From positions 640,001-704,000 of the forward strand of contig JBESAV010000001.1 in NCBI GenBank assembly GCA_041242255.1: DNA of 64,000 bases, read 5' to 3'. Positions 54,474 to 64,000 of the stretch are shown piece by piece (the first letter of the stretch is position 1; every line of letters begins with the position of its first letter). A model generated the notes under the pieces. It saw nothing but the letters and a program-made list of their open reading frames with translations. It did not search any database and was not told where the DNA came from. Both the position numbers and the translations under genes were made by a program. The stretch is from Candidatus Altimarinota bacterium (GTDB taxonomy: Bacteria; Patescibacteriota; Gracilibacteria; UBA1369; GCA-2718715).

Positions 54474-56372
54474 TTAGTATACGTACCTTCCTGTCTCAAT
54501 GATCGATAGGAATTTATAAGCAATTACAGCCACATCTCTTCTAGTCAAAGACTGCTCTAAATTATCTAAATCCTCTGTTGTAATAATGTTCCTCATAAGA
54601 GCTTCTTGAAGGTAAGGTGCATACCAAGCATCTACATCAAAGTAATCTGCATATGATGCATTAACTTCATCATCTATGTCTGCTCCCATTGCTTCAAAGT
54701 ACATTTTTAGCAACTCAACAAGATTCACACCTCTTTCAGGATTAAAACTAGCTCTACTAGAGTCAATCGAACCTAGTTCAACCGCTTTCTTTATACTATC
54801 TTCAAACCAATCATCTTTTGAAACATCATTGAAACTTAAGTTATTAGAAAGAGTTACATCTTCAAATATACCAGGTTTAGCTGTTTCAATTGTTCTTATA
54901 AGGAAAGTAAGTGAAGCTGCTCTATTAACCTCATCGTATAAGCGAGCATCTCCTTCGTCTCCTTGAACGATTCCAGCTTTCTTCAATGCAGTAAGTTTAA
55001 GAATGTCTACGTCGTCACTTTCTACATCATAAAATAGACGAACATCAATCGGATCTGAAGAATATTTTCGCCCGTCAATTTTTGCTTCAATAACATGCTT
55101 TCCAAGAACTCTTGGTCTAAAATCAATCTCATTATCTCCATTCGATAGGTAAGAACTATATTTCAAATCAGCTCTTTCTGATGAAGTAATTTTATTATCA
55201 ATATTAGTGGCTGCTGCAAGTAGATTTGAATTATTCACAGTTGCAGTCAACTCAACCTCATCTCCCAAAAGCACAACACTTGGAGTTTTAAATTCTAAGT
55301 CATTTAATGACAGTTTTTCTTTAACCTCAGGAACATCTATACTTATAGTTTCCTCATTAGGCTTTAAATCAGAGCTACTTCCACCAAAAGGGTTTTTATT
55401 TACAACTTCTTCCGGCTCAATAAAATCAATAGAGTTATCATTTTCAGGCTCATCTACTGCTTCATTAGATGATTCTTCAGGTAAATCTACATTTCCAACG
55501 CTGGATTCATAGCTTAAATTAGCCTCTACAAAATCCATTGGATTAACTGTGTATCTTCTACCTTTCTCACTACCAAGACCGGCATTTACAGCTTCGTAAA
55601 AGCTTAACCCGGCATCTTGTGCCTCCTGCCAAGTAAATGGCCAGTACGGATGGAAAGGTGCATCAGCAGTATCGATCTGAAAGTGCACATGTGGAGTACT
55701 TGATGTACCTGTAGAACCATTATATCCAATCAAATCACCTTTGTTTACTTTCTCTCCCACGTTGACAACTGATTCATCCAAATGGGAATAACTGGCATAG
55801 TAAGTGGTGAAGTTACCAGGATTCTCAACATCTGGTACATTATCATGCCTCACTACTACATATTTCCCGAACCCTGTGGTTCTATCTTGAACATCTGTAA
55901 CAATACCATTAGCAATACTTACAATAGGCGTTCTCATCAAAAGTTTGATGTCTACAGCTGGATGTCCTCCAGCTCCAGCTATCCCATCAAGTTTGTAATT
56001 ACCCATGTATGGTACCGAGTAAGTTATCCTTTCATTTCTTATTCTATTACTTCCAGCTGAACTGAAATCAAGATCATCAAAACTTATAGCTAAATTTCTT
56101 TCATTATACTCGTATGGAGCAGAAAGTTTACTAGCTGAAATACTATTAAAGTCCATCTCTCTTTCGGAGTCCGTCAGAGCAGTCCAATCAACAGTTTTCT
56201 CATATGGATAAACTGTTCCATCAAAGGGATCATGAGACTCAATGCTCAAAACATTCGCACCTAAGAAGTGTGATAGATCACCAACAGTTAAAGTCATACC
56301 AAAAATACCTAGTATAGCCGCATAGGCTAATGGCTTTTTAAATTTCTTCGAAACACTTGCAAGAAACAACAT
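54474..56372 (-). CDS. M23 peptidase with three C-terminal SLH-like domains
   Basis: HPAVD, YSHL, PHVHFQ; SLH-like F.DV...W....I..A...G...F.P and LTRRDVA. Confidence 0.88.
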   Translation of the reverse strand: MLFLASVSKKFKKPLAYAAILGIFGMTLTVGDLSHFLGANVLSIESHDPFDGTVYPYEKTVDWTALTDSEREMDFNSISASKLSAPYEYNERNLAISFDDLDFSSAGSNRIRNERITYSVPYMGNYKLDGIAGAGGHPAVDIKLLMRTPIVSIANGIVTDVQDRTTGFGKYVVVRHDNVPDVENPGNFTTYYASYSHLDESVVNVGEKVNKGDLIGYNGSTGTSSTPHVHFQIDTADAPFHPYWPFTWQEAQDAGLSFYEAVNAGLGSEKGRRYTVNPMDFVEANLSYESSVGNVDLPEESSNEAVDEPENDNSIDFIEPEEVVNKNPFGGSSSDLKPNEETISIDVPEVKEKLSLNDLEFKTPSVVLLGDEVELTATVNNSNLLAAATNIDNKITSSERADLKYSSYLSNGDNEIDFRPRVLGKHVIEAKIDGRKYSSDPIDVRLFYDVESDDVDILKLTALKKAGIVQGDEGDARLYDEVNRAASLTFLIRTIETAKPGIFEDVTLSNNLSFNDVSKDDWFEDSIKKAVELGSIDSSRASFNPERGVNLVELLKMYFEAMGADIDDEVNASYADYFDVDAWYAPYLQEALMRNIITTEDLDNLEQSLTRRDVAVIAYKFLSIIETGRYVY

Positions 56373-56426
56373 ATAATCTATTAAATCTTACAATTATAAC
56401 AGATTTACATGTATCTAGCAAACTAT

Positions 56427-58043
56427 CTAATCAAACTGAGCGTTAATATAATCAATCGTATCAGCATCTAAATTTCCTGCACTAAACACATCAATATCAT
56501 TGATCAGATTGTTATCAAACTTAAACTGTGACATTGCACTAAAAGTCTGGTCACCGTAGTATTTAGTTAGCAATACAGATTTTAGATACCCTTGATCTTG
56601 CAAAAACTTTTGAAGAACAAAAACATCGTTTCCAGTATCACCAAGTCTTAGCTCTTTTTCAAAGAGTCTATTTTCGAACTCGTCTAAGCTTTTCAAGCCA
56701 ACATTAATACGAGCCAAATACTTATCATAAAATTGATTTAAGAAAACTCTAGTTTTCGGACCAACTTCTCCTGCGCCAGCGTCGGAAACTTGATTAATAA
56801 TGCCGTATTTCAACTGAAGTTTTATCACAGCATGTTGAGTTACAGGTCCAAAGTAACCTGTAGGTTCTAGTCTAAACAAATTAAGGCGCCCCAACATTTC
56901 CTGGAGTGCTCTAACTTCTTCACTAGTTTGACCTAGTCTAAGGTTATTTTTAAACTTTTGGGCTTCAGTTAAAAACTCATATCTAATCTCAGTACTACCA
57001 TTCTGTTCATTTGTTATCTCATTTGGTAAAAGCAGGGCCACTGCATCTTTCATAGCTTCCTGAGTACTCTCTCCAAAATAACCTGCTGAAAGGTTCTCTG
57101 ATGAGTTAATAACACCTTCGTCCATTTGGAATTTAATTAGTGCTCTTTCAGTTTGAGCATCAAACTCTTCTGTTAAATCAATTACATACCCAAGCATCCT
57201 AAGTGTTCTTTGTAGGTTCAAAACATCATTCCCAGAAGAACCCAAGCCTAAATTATTTGAAGGTATTGATTCTTCTAACTCTCTTCTCTTATTTACGATT
57301 ATCTGCTCAATTTGTTCAATAGAAGTACTACCCAAAATACCTTGAGGATTTATATTAATACTTACTATTTCTCCATAGTCTTTATCCATATCTAGAAGAG
57401 CTTCTTTTGTGCTAACTCCAAAATATCCGTCCACTTCTCCATCAAAATATCCTAGATCAGCTAAAAGCTGTTGTAAGACTGACACTGCAGCACCAGTATC
57501 ACCAACTTTTAAGTTATCAAGAGTATCCAGGGGTTTAGTATCTACTTCTTTTAGAAATGTTGATTCTGTAGGGAGATTCCAGCCAGCTTTTTCAGCAAGC
57601 TCAACATCTGCCTCCACACCCAGGGTTTTCAAATTAACAGTTCTTTTTCCCCAGTTTAGAGCTGCAGTTAGACCTTCTTCACCATATCCTGTCCATAAAT
57701 CCAATCTATTACCTTGAATAGCACCACCACGATCCAAAATCACATAATTCCCCATACCTTCAAGTTCAACAATAGTTCCAAACTCAAAACAAGAAGGAGA
57801 AGCCAAAAATGCACCAGGCGCATCTGCAACTTTAACTCCAGAAGCTGTAGTTACACCACCACCATTCAACCTTATATCACCAACATACGTACCAGTAGCA
57901 TAGTAACTTTGTCCTGGTAGGGGAGAGTAGTAAGCTGATACAACATATTCACCATCACCGCAGGCTCTTGCTTCCACAACGCCAACTCCCAAAGAAAGCC
58001 CTAGCGATAAAACTATAACTGAAAGAAATTTTCTTTTATTCAT
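56427..58043 (-). CDS. 3D (MltA-like) domain protein with multiple peptidoglycan-binding domains
   Basis: SAYYS, TASG, FGT, DRGGAIQGNRLD.W; repeated L..G..G..V..LQ..L..LG...G.FG..T..A. Confidence 0.9.
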   Translation of the reverse strand: MNKRKFLSVIVLSLGLSLGVGVVEARACGDGEYVVSAYYSPLPGQSYYATGTYVGDIRLNGGGVTTASGVKVADAPGAFLASPSCFEFGTIVELEGMGNYVILDRGGAIQGNRLDLWTGYGEEGLTAALNWGKRTVNLKTLGVEADVELAEKAGWNLPTESTFLKEVDTKPLDTLDNLKVGDTGAAVSVLQQLLADLGYFDGEVDGYFGVSTKEALLDMDKDYGEIVSININPQGILGSTSIEQIEQIIVNKRRELEESIPSNNLGLGSSGNDVLNLQRTLRMLGYVIDLTEEFDAQTERALIKFQMDEGVINSSENLSAGYFGESTQEAMKDAVALLLPNEITNEQNGSTEIRYEFLTEAQKFKNNLRLGQTSEEVRALQEMLGRLNLFRLEPTGYFGPVTQHAVIKLQLKYGIINQVSDAGAGEVGPKTRVFLNQFYDKYLARINVGLKSLDEFENRLFEKELRLGDTGNDVFVLQKFLQDQGYLKSVLLTKYYGDQTFSAMSQFKFDNNLINDIDVFSAGNLDADTIDYINAQFD

Positions 58044-58124
58044 ATTTTATTTAAAACAGTAGAAAGTATATACCACATACTACCAAAGTAAACAAAACAA
58101 TTTTAGCATTTGTAAATAGAATAC

Positions 58125-60587
58125 CTATGCTCCAATTCGTCTTAAAATTTCTCTGTTAACAAACTCAACATCACGCCCGTGCTTCAATCTAGACAATTCT
58201 TTAATTGCCCTTCCAAGCTCAGGGTTACCTTGTTCAAGGTATGGATTTAAAGGTATTACTGAGAATGGTGTAGAAGGTTGATTATCAATAGAAAGCTTCA
58301 TCACAGCCTTGAACTTATCAATGTTAACCAAATCCTGATCTGAAAAAACCGGAGCCATTTCTTTGGCTATATACTCTGCATCTTGCGCCCCTATTTTATA
58401 ACACATCTTTGTACCAACATTCCCAAATACCGCATTTTTAATCTTCTCATCCTGCTTCTCTACTAACTGACCAATATATTGATGAGCAATATTTAAACTC
58501 AATCTATACTTACGAGCCTCAGACAAAATAGATTCAATTGCATCAGTTACATAATTTTGAAACTCATCTATATATAAATAGAAATCAGTCCTATCTTCTT
58601 GTGCCATAGTTTGTCTTCGCATAGCAGCCATTTGAAGTTTAGAAACTATTATCATCCCTAGCAACTTACTATTTATATCACCAGTCAAACCTTTTGAAAG
58701 ATTCATTAACAAAATCTTCCCATCCTGCATAACTTCTCCAAAATCAAAAGCAGATTTAGTCTGTCCAATTATATTCCTCATCATCGTATTAGTAATAAAC
58801 GCCCCAAATTTAGCTGCAAAGTACGGAATCATTTCTTGTTTCTCTCTGGCTCCAGTATTCGCCATTTGGTTTTCCCAAAAGGACTTCACAATAGGATTCT
58901 GTACTTTTTCGACTTTGACCCTTTGAAAAGCATCATCAGTAAACAATCTAACTATATCAGTTAGTGCACCTCCATCAGGATCTTCCATTAATGTTAAGCA
59001 ACCATTCCTAAAATAATCTTGAATTCTCGGACCAAAAACATCCTCATTGAAAAGTTTAATCATAATATTCATCGCATCTAAGGCAACCAAATCCTTCTCT
59101 GAATCACTTTTTGCTTCTAGCAAGTTCAACCCAAGTGGCCTCTCTAAATCAGCAGGATTAAAGTAAATCACATCATCAGCTCTTTCTTTAGGAATAAAAT
59201 TCAAGGTATCTTCCACCAAATCACCATGTGGGTCTACAATACATACACCATGTCCATTTCTTATATCTTGTCTAATCATTGATTTGAAGATAGAGGACTT
59301 ACCTGTACCAGTCTGACCAATCACATAAAAATGTCTAAACCTATCTTCAGTCTTCATTCTAATCTCAGTCTTTTGCCCACGATAAATATTGTGCCCAAGC
59401 AAAACACCTTCTTTAGGAACATTTATTGGAGCAGGTGAGATCTTATAGTTCTGCCAATTAATAACTGGTGACCTATTAAAACGAATATTTGGTATATGGA
59501 AAATTGAAGCTAATTCATCAGCAGTTAAAATAGAATGTTTTTTCGAAAGGCCAGCGTATTTATCAAACGCTCTGGTTTTATAAGAAACTTTTAACTTCTC
59601 AGGCTTACCTATATCAACTGTTTCAAATTTATTACCGTCTGTATAAGAAAACAAAGAGAAAGAGCTCATGAGATTCATCATATTCTGCTCCGCTGAGCCC
59701 TTGTCATCTCCTGAAACCATAACTCTTATAATTGTATCAAATCCTACCTTTGTATTTTTTTCGTCTATTGCCTTGATCTCTTCTTCAGCAATCTGGGTTT
59801 TACGTTTAGGACCTGACAATTTATCCCCACCACTATCTTCAGAAAAAGCTTCTTCTCCTTTAAGCATAAGCTTGGCTAAGACAAAAGGCCACTTCCATGG
59901 CTTAACCCAATCAGACTTAGATTTCTCACCTTCATCATTAAGCATATCCTGAGCTTTTTTACGTCCAGCTTCTTGCCAGTTTGATTCCATTGGCCTAACT
60001 ATCATTTGAATCGCTGCTGCTTCTCCCTGTTCGAGCTTAGATAGGGAACCAACTATATCATTTAGCGGGTCCGAACTAATGTAATTATAATTTCGTATTG
60101 GATAAATCGAATCTTTGCTTAATTGCAATTGCTCAATCAAAACTACCTTAGAATCGTCAAACCTAGTGTAATCATGAATTTCTTCCATATAGGTATCTTG
60201 AAAGAATCCAGCAATTTTTTTCTCAACTAACCTAGATAATCTTTTTGGACATGACACATAAAGGTTAACCTGACCATCATCAAGAGCATACTCAAAAGAA
60301 ATATGATCTTCGCCTCTTACTTTATTTTGAAAGTCACCATTATATATACTATATAAAGAATCATAGAATTGTGACATCACAGCCACATAATCCTTATAAC
60401 CTCCTTGGCTACTAATCGCTTGGTTGTCCTTTTCTCTTTCTTCCTTTGAATCTTTTTTAGGGATAACAATTCTAAATAAAACATATTCATCCAAAAGCTC
60501 TTCAATAAGCTTTTTCTTCCAACTAAAAAATATTGCCCCACTTGCAATTCCACCGACAACTACGCTAAGCAATATTAGTTCAAACAA
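58125..60587 (-). CDS. VirD4/TraG-like (TrwB/DUF87) coupling ATPase
   Basis: RHFYVIGQTGTGKS, VDPHGDL, LYIDEFQN, ILSEARKY.L....AHQY..QL, FGNVGT; N-terminal TM. Confidence 0.9.
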   Translation of the reverse strand: MFELILLSVVVGGIASGAIFFSWKKKLIEELLDEYVLFRIVIPKKDSKEEREKDNQAISSQGGYKDYVAVMSQFYDSLYSIYNGDFQNKVRGEDHISFEYALDDGQVNLYVSCPKRLSRLVEKKIAGFFQDTYMEEIHDYTRFDDSKVVLIEQLQLSKDSIYPIRNYNYISSDPLNDIVGSLSKLEQGEAAAIQMIVRPMESNWQEAGRKKAQDMLNDEGEKSKSDWVKPWKWPFVLAKLMLKGEEAFSEDSGGDKLSGPKRKTQIAEEEIKAIDEKNTKVGFDTIIRVMVSGDDKGSAEQNMMNLMSSFSLFSYTDGNKFETVDIGKPEKLKVSYKTRAFDKYAGLSKKHSILTADELASIFHIPNIRFNRSPVINWQNYKISPAPINVPKEGVLLGHNIYRGQKTEIRMKTEDRFRHFYVIGQTGTGKSSIFKSMIRQDIRNGHGVCIVDPHGDLVEDTLNFIPKERADDVIYFNPADLERPLGLNLLEAKSDSEKDLVALDAMNIMIKLFNEDVFGPRIQDYFRNGCLTLMEDPDGGALTDIVRLFTDDAFQRVKVEKVQNPIVKSFWENQMANTGAREKQEMIPYFAAKFGAFITNTMMRNIIGQTKSAFDFGEVMQDGKILLMNLSKGLTGDINSKLLGMIIVSKLQMAAMRRQTMAQEDRTDFYLYIDEFQNYVTDAIESILSEARKYRLSLNIAHQYIGQLVEKQDEKIKNAVFGNVGTKMCYKIGAQDAEYIAKEMAPVFSDQDLVNIDKFKAVMKLSIDNQPSTPFSVIPLNPYLEQGNPELGRAIKELSRLKHGRDVEFVNREILRRIGA

Positions 60588-60629
60588 TTTAAAAAAGTTA
60601 CTTTTATTATTATACCAGATTTACGATCT

Positions 60630-62402
60630 TTATTCTACAACCTTAATCCCTGATTCATCAATAGTAGTTTGATCAACTTTTGAAGGAGCACCAAGCATTA
60701 GATCTTTCGCCTTAGAGTCTTTAGGGAAGGCAATAACCTCTCTAATATTTGGCTCTTCAGCAAACAACATAACTATTCTATCTAATCCCCAAGCAATCCC
60801 ACCATGTGGAGGCACCCCATAACTAAAGGCTTCCAGCATGTGACCAAACCTAAGCTCAGCATCTTCTTTCGAAATACCAAGTAATTCAAAAACCTTAGCT
60901 TGGAGTTCTTGATCATGAATTCTTATAGACCCTCCACCAATTTCGTTACCATTCATAACAAGGTCATAAGCTCTAGAATTAACCATTAATGGCGCTTCAT
61001 CAAGTAGATTTAGTTCATCTAAATTAGGCGAAGTAAATGGATGATGCATTGCAGCTAAAGATCCATCATTACCTTTCTCAAACATTGGGAAATTTGTAAC
61101 CCAACACAAAGCAAATTCATTTGAATCAAGTAATTCAAATCTTCTTGCAACTTCTAACCTAACTTGCCCAAGAGACTCACAAGCTACTTCAAACTCATCA
61201 GCAGTGAAGAAAACTAGGTCACCTTCAGAAATATCTAGCCTTTCTTTTAATAAATTTATCTCACCATTAGACATAAACTTAAGGATAGGCGACTTCATAT
61301 CTCCATCTTGCATCTTCACAAAGGCTAAACCTTTCGCTTTGTAAATTTTTGCAACTTCAGTTAGTTCATCAATATCTTTCCTAGAAAATTCAGATGCTTT
61401 TCCAGCAAGCTTTAATGCTTTCACAACACCTCTTTCAGAACGAGCATGTGAAGCAAAAGCTTCAAATTCACTATTTTCAAATATATCCGTAACATCCTCT
61501 ATCTCATATCCAAATCTCAAATCAGGCTTATCTGAACCATATTTGTTCATTGCTTCATGATAAGTCATTACTTTTGGCTCATCAAATAGCAACTTAGCTT
61601 CTGGTTTAAACTCTTCAATTAGTTTCATCAATAACTCTTGATTCACATTCATTACATCTGCTTCATCAACGAAACTCATCTCCATATCAAGCTGAGTAAA
61701 TTCCGGCTGACGATCACCACGTTGGTCTTCATCTCTAAAACATCTAGCAATTTGGAAATATTTATCCATACCTGCAACCATCAAAAGCTGCTTTAGTTGC
61801 TGTGGTGATTGTGGAAGCACATAAAAATTACCATTATAGAGCCTTGAAGGAACAATATATTCACGACTCCCTTCCGGAGTACCTTTAATCAAAATAGGAG
61901 TCTCAACTTCAGTGAAGCCTTTCTCACACATATAATCACGAATAAACTTGATCATATCATGTCTTAGCTGGATATTATTTTTCATTTTTTCTCTTCGTAT
62001 ATCGAGATATCTATACTTCAACCTTAACTCTTCAGAAACATTATCATCAGAATCAATCTCAAACGGTGTAGTTTGAGCTTTACTTAAAACTTCAATCTCA
62101 CTTACTAAAACTTCAATTTCACCAGTTTCCATCTTTACGTTAACCATACCATCTGGACGGTTTCTAACTTTACCCTTAACTCCTATAACCCATTCAGATC
62201 TAACATCTTCTGCAATTGCGTGAGCCTTCTCTTCTACTTCTGGATCAAAAACAATTTGAGTAATCCCATACTTATCACGAAGATCAATGAATATTAAACC
62301 ACCATGATCACGTCTTCTATTTACAAATCCGTTTAAAATAACTTCATCACCAGAGTTCGACTTTCTTAATTCGTTTAATAAATGAGTTCTTTTCAGTTTC
62401 AT
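60630..62402 (-). CDS. aspS: aspartyl-tRNA synthetase (likely non-discriminating)
   Basis: RRDHGGLIFIDLRD, LPQSPQ, ARCFRDED.R.DRQPEFTQ.D, PPHGG.A.GLDR, IREVIAFPK. Confidence 0.97.
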   Translation of the reverse strand: MKLKRTHLLNELRKSNSGDEVILNGFVNRRRDHGGLIFIDLRDKYGITQIVFDPEVEEKAHAIAEDVRSEWVIGVKGKVRNRPDGMVNVKMETGEIEVLVSEIEVLSKAQTTPFEIDSDDNVSEELRLKYRYLDIRREKMKNNIQLRHDMIKFIRDYMCEKGFTEVETPILIKGTPEGSREYIVPSRLYNGNFYVLPQSPQQLKQLLMVAGMDKYFQIARCFRDEDQRGDRQPEFTQLDMEMSFVDEADVMNVNQELLMKLIEEFKPEAKLLFDEPKVMTYHEAMNKYGSDKPDLRFGYEIEDVTDIFENSEFEAFASHARSERGVVKALKLAGKASEFSRKDIDELTEVAKIYKAKGLAFVKMQDGDMKSPILKFMSNGEINLLKERLDISEGDLVFFTADEFEVACESLGQVRLEVARRFELLDSNEFALCWVTNFPMFEKGNDGSLAAMHHPFTSPNLDELNLLDEAPLMVNSRAYDLVMNGNEIGGGSIRIHDQELQAKVFELLGISKEDAELRFGHMLEAFSYGVPPHGGIAWGLDRIVMLFAEEPNIREVIAFPKDSKAKDLMLGAPSKVDQTTIDESGIKVVE

Positions 62403-62452
62403 ATTTTTACTTTAATTTTTGATCAGAGTAAAAATACCACATGTCCAATCTA

Positions 62453-64000
62453 TCACAAGCTTTCTCCCTTCAATCTTATCAGCTCAATTAGATCATCTTT
62501 AATATTTTCAATATTTATTTTTAAATCAAGCTCTACCTCTTGTTGGCCTGAAGGTTGATTTATAACTAGTTTCACTGATTGATCTCCTGGGTTTTCGTTG
62601 AAAAGCTGTTTTATTTTGTTTAGACCTTCTTTATTGAAACCTTCGGGAATACTAATTGTTATTTTGTCTAAGGCCTCTGTTACAGGATTAGCTAAAGACT
62701 CAATGTCCTGAATAACCTTACTAATATTTTCATTTTCATTATAAACCCCCATATCCTTAGCAGCTTTAATCATATCCGAAAGCTTAAACTTCTTCATTTT
62801 ATCTAAAATAATCTGATCTCCACGCTTGTTATCAAATTTTCCTTCCACAAACAGAAGCATATCCTCCTTAACTTCAAAAGATAAATTCTTATACATTCTT
62901 GGGAAAACCACTATATCAATTGATCCAACAATATCCTCTAGACTAAACACCATCATATAATCACCTTTTTTAGTCTTGAAGCGTCTCAAACCACTTACAA
63001 AACCACAAACTTTAACCTTCTTCCCAGCATGCAAGTCACATAACTCCCTTGATAAGAGAACTTTTCTTCTCAAAAAAGAAGTCAATCCATATAAAGGATG
63101 CTTTGAAACATACATCCCAAGGTAACTTTTCTCTTCCTTCAAAAGCTCAAGCACAGTTAACGGTTTGAATGTATCAATTCTCAAAGCGTTAATATCACCA
63201 CTGGTTTCTAAACCACCAAATAGTGAATCTTGGCCTTTAGCCTGAGAATTTTGATAGTTTTTTGCATACTTATTAATAGTTTCATAGGACATAGCAATGT
63301 CATGCCTATTACCAAATTCATCTAATGCACCAGAGTAAGCTAATGCTTGAATTGTTTTCTTATTTAAAGATTTCCATGGAACTCTTTGAGCAAGATCCTC
63401 TAATGACTTAAACTTACCATTTTTTCTCTCCTGAATAATCTCTTCAATTGAAGAATTTCCGAGCCCCTTAATAGCACCTAATCCAAACCTAATTGTTTTA
63501 TCATCTATTACCGTAAAATCAAGGTAACTGTCATTCACCGAAGGGGATAACACTTCTATTCCTAAGTTCTGGCAGTCATGTATCTCTAACACAACTCTAT
63601 CCAAATTACCCAAGTCAGCAGTCAATAATGCTGCCATATATTCAACAGGGTAGTTAGCCTTAAGATATGCAGTCTGATAAGCAATCACCGCATAACATGC
63701 CGAATGAGATTTATTGAAACCATATCCAGCAAAAGGCTCGATTACATCTTCAAAAACTTTAGCTGCAAAATCCTTATCGTGTCCTTGCTCAGCAGCCCCA
63801 TCTATAAATTTCTGTTTCTGTTCTGCTACAAGTTCAGGGATCTTCTTACCTACAGCTCTTCTCAATACATCTGCTTGCCCCAAGCTGAATCCACCAAAAA
63901 CCTTAGCAATTTCCATAATTTGCTCCTGGTATACACCAACTCCATAAGTTTCTTTCAAAATATCTTCAAACAAAGGATGCATATACTTCACAGAACTTGG
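62453..64000 (-). CDS. dnaE: DNA polymerase III alpha subunit (3' part; frame continues beyond window end)
   Basis: ETYGV.VYQEQIM, FAGYGFNKSHS, IRFGLGAIKG.G, EK..LGMYVS.HP, OB fold. Confidence 0.97.
   Translation of the reverse strand, partial: PSSVKYMHPLFEDILKETYGVGVYQEQIMEIAKVFGGFSLGQADVLRRAVGKKIPELVAEQKQKFIDGAAEQGHDKDFAAKVFEDVIEPFAGYGFNKSHSACYAVIAYQTAYLKANYPVEYMAALLTADLGNLDRVVLEIHDCQNLGIEVLSPSVNDSYLDFTVIDDKTIRFGLGAIKGLGNSSIEEIIQERKNGKFKSLEDLAQRVPWKSLNKKTIQALAYSGALDEFGNRHDIAMSYETINKYAKNYQNSQAKGQDSLFGGLETSGDINALRIDTFKPLTVLELLKEEKSYLGMYVSKHPLYGLTSFLRRKVLLSRELCDLHAGKKVKVCGFVSGLRRFKTKKGDYMMVFSLEDIVGSIDIVVFPRMYKNLSFEVKEDMLLFVEGKFDNKRGDQIILDKMKKFKLSDMIKAAKDMGVYNENENISKVIQDIESLANPVTEALDKITISIPEGFNKEGLNKIKQLFNENPGDQSVKLVINQPSGQQEVELDLKINIENIKDDLIELIRLKGESL

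Overview
AT-rich chromosomal window from a bacterium using genetic code 11 (TGA ends ORFs, e.g. 29125-29127; Gly codons are GGN). It is most likely Patescibacteria/CPR, possibly Peregrinibacteria-like. That assignment is inferred from 16S signatures, dispersed PrgI/VirB4-N/VirD4-like genes, a lamin-tail protein and very compact gene packing. The rRNA locus is split: 16S and 23S-5S are separate transcription units with near-identical promoter/leaders, and tRNA-Ala/tRNA-Ile lie between them on the opposite strand. The window has five tRNAs and many housekeeping genes (clpP part, lepA, polX, groES/EL, rpmA, tig, rplS, rnhB, proS, infB, rmuC, rpsA, clpC, ruvB, aspS, dnaE part). It also carries dTDP-rhamnose and envelope genes, a BolA-Grx4-DUF1858/A-type carrier Fe-S trafficking cluster and two CIRCE operators. 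No CRISPR array, IS or prophage was seen. The main oddities are a full-length RNase Y homolog that has lost nearly all HD metal ligands, an orphan ~105-nt structured RNA candidate with its own promoter and terminator, and a stand-alone ethylene-binding-domain-like membrane protein. Others are S1 fused to an alpha-CTD-like domain, a thymidine kinase lacking its zinc cysteines, and a ~85-nt 23S expansion segment. All calls come from reading motifs by eye; no database search was run.
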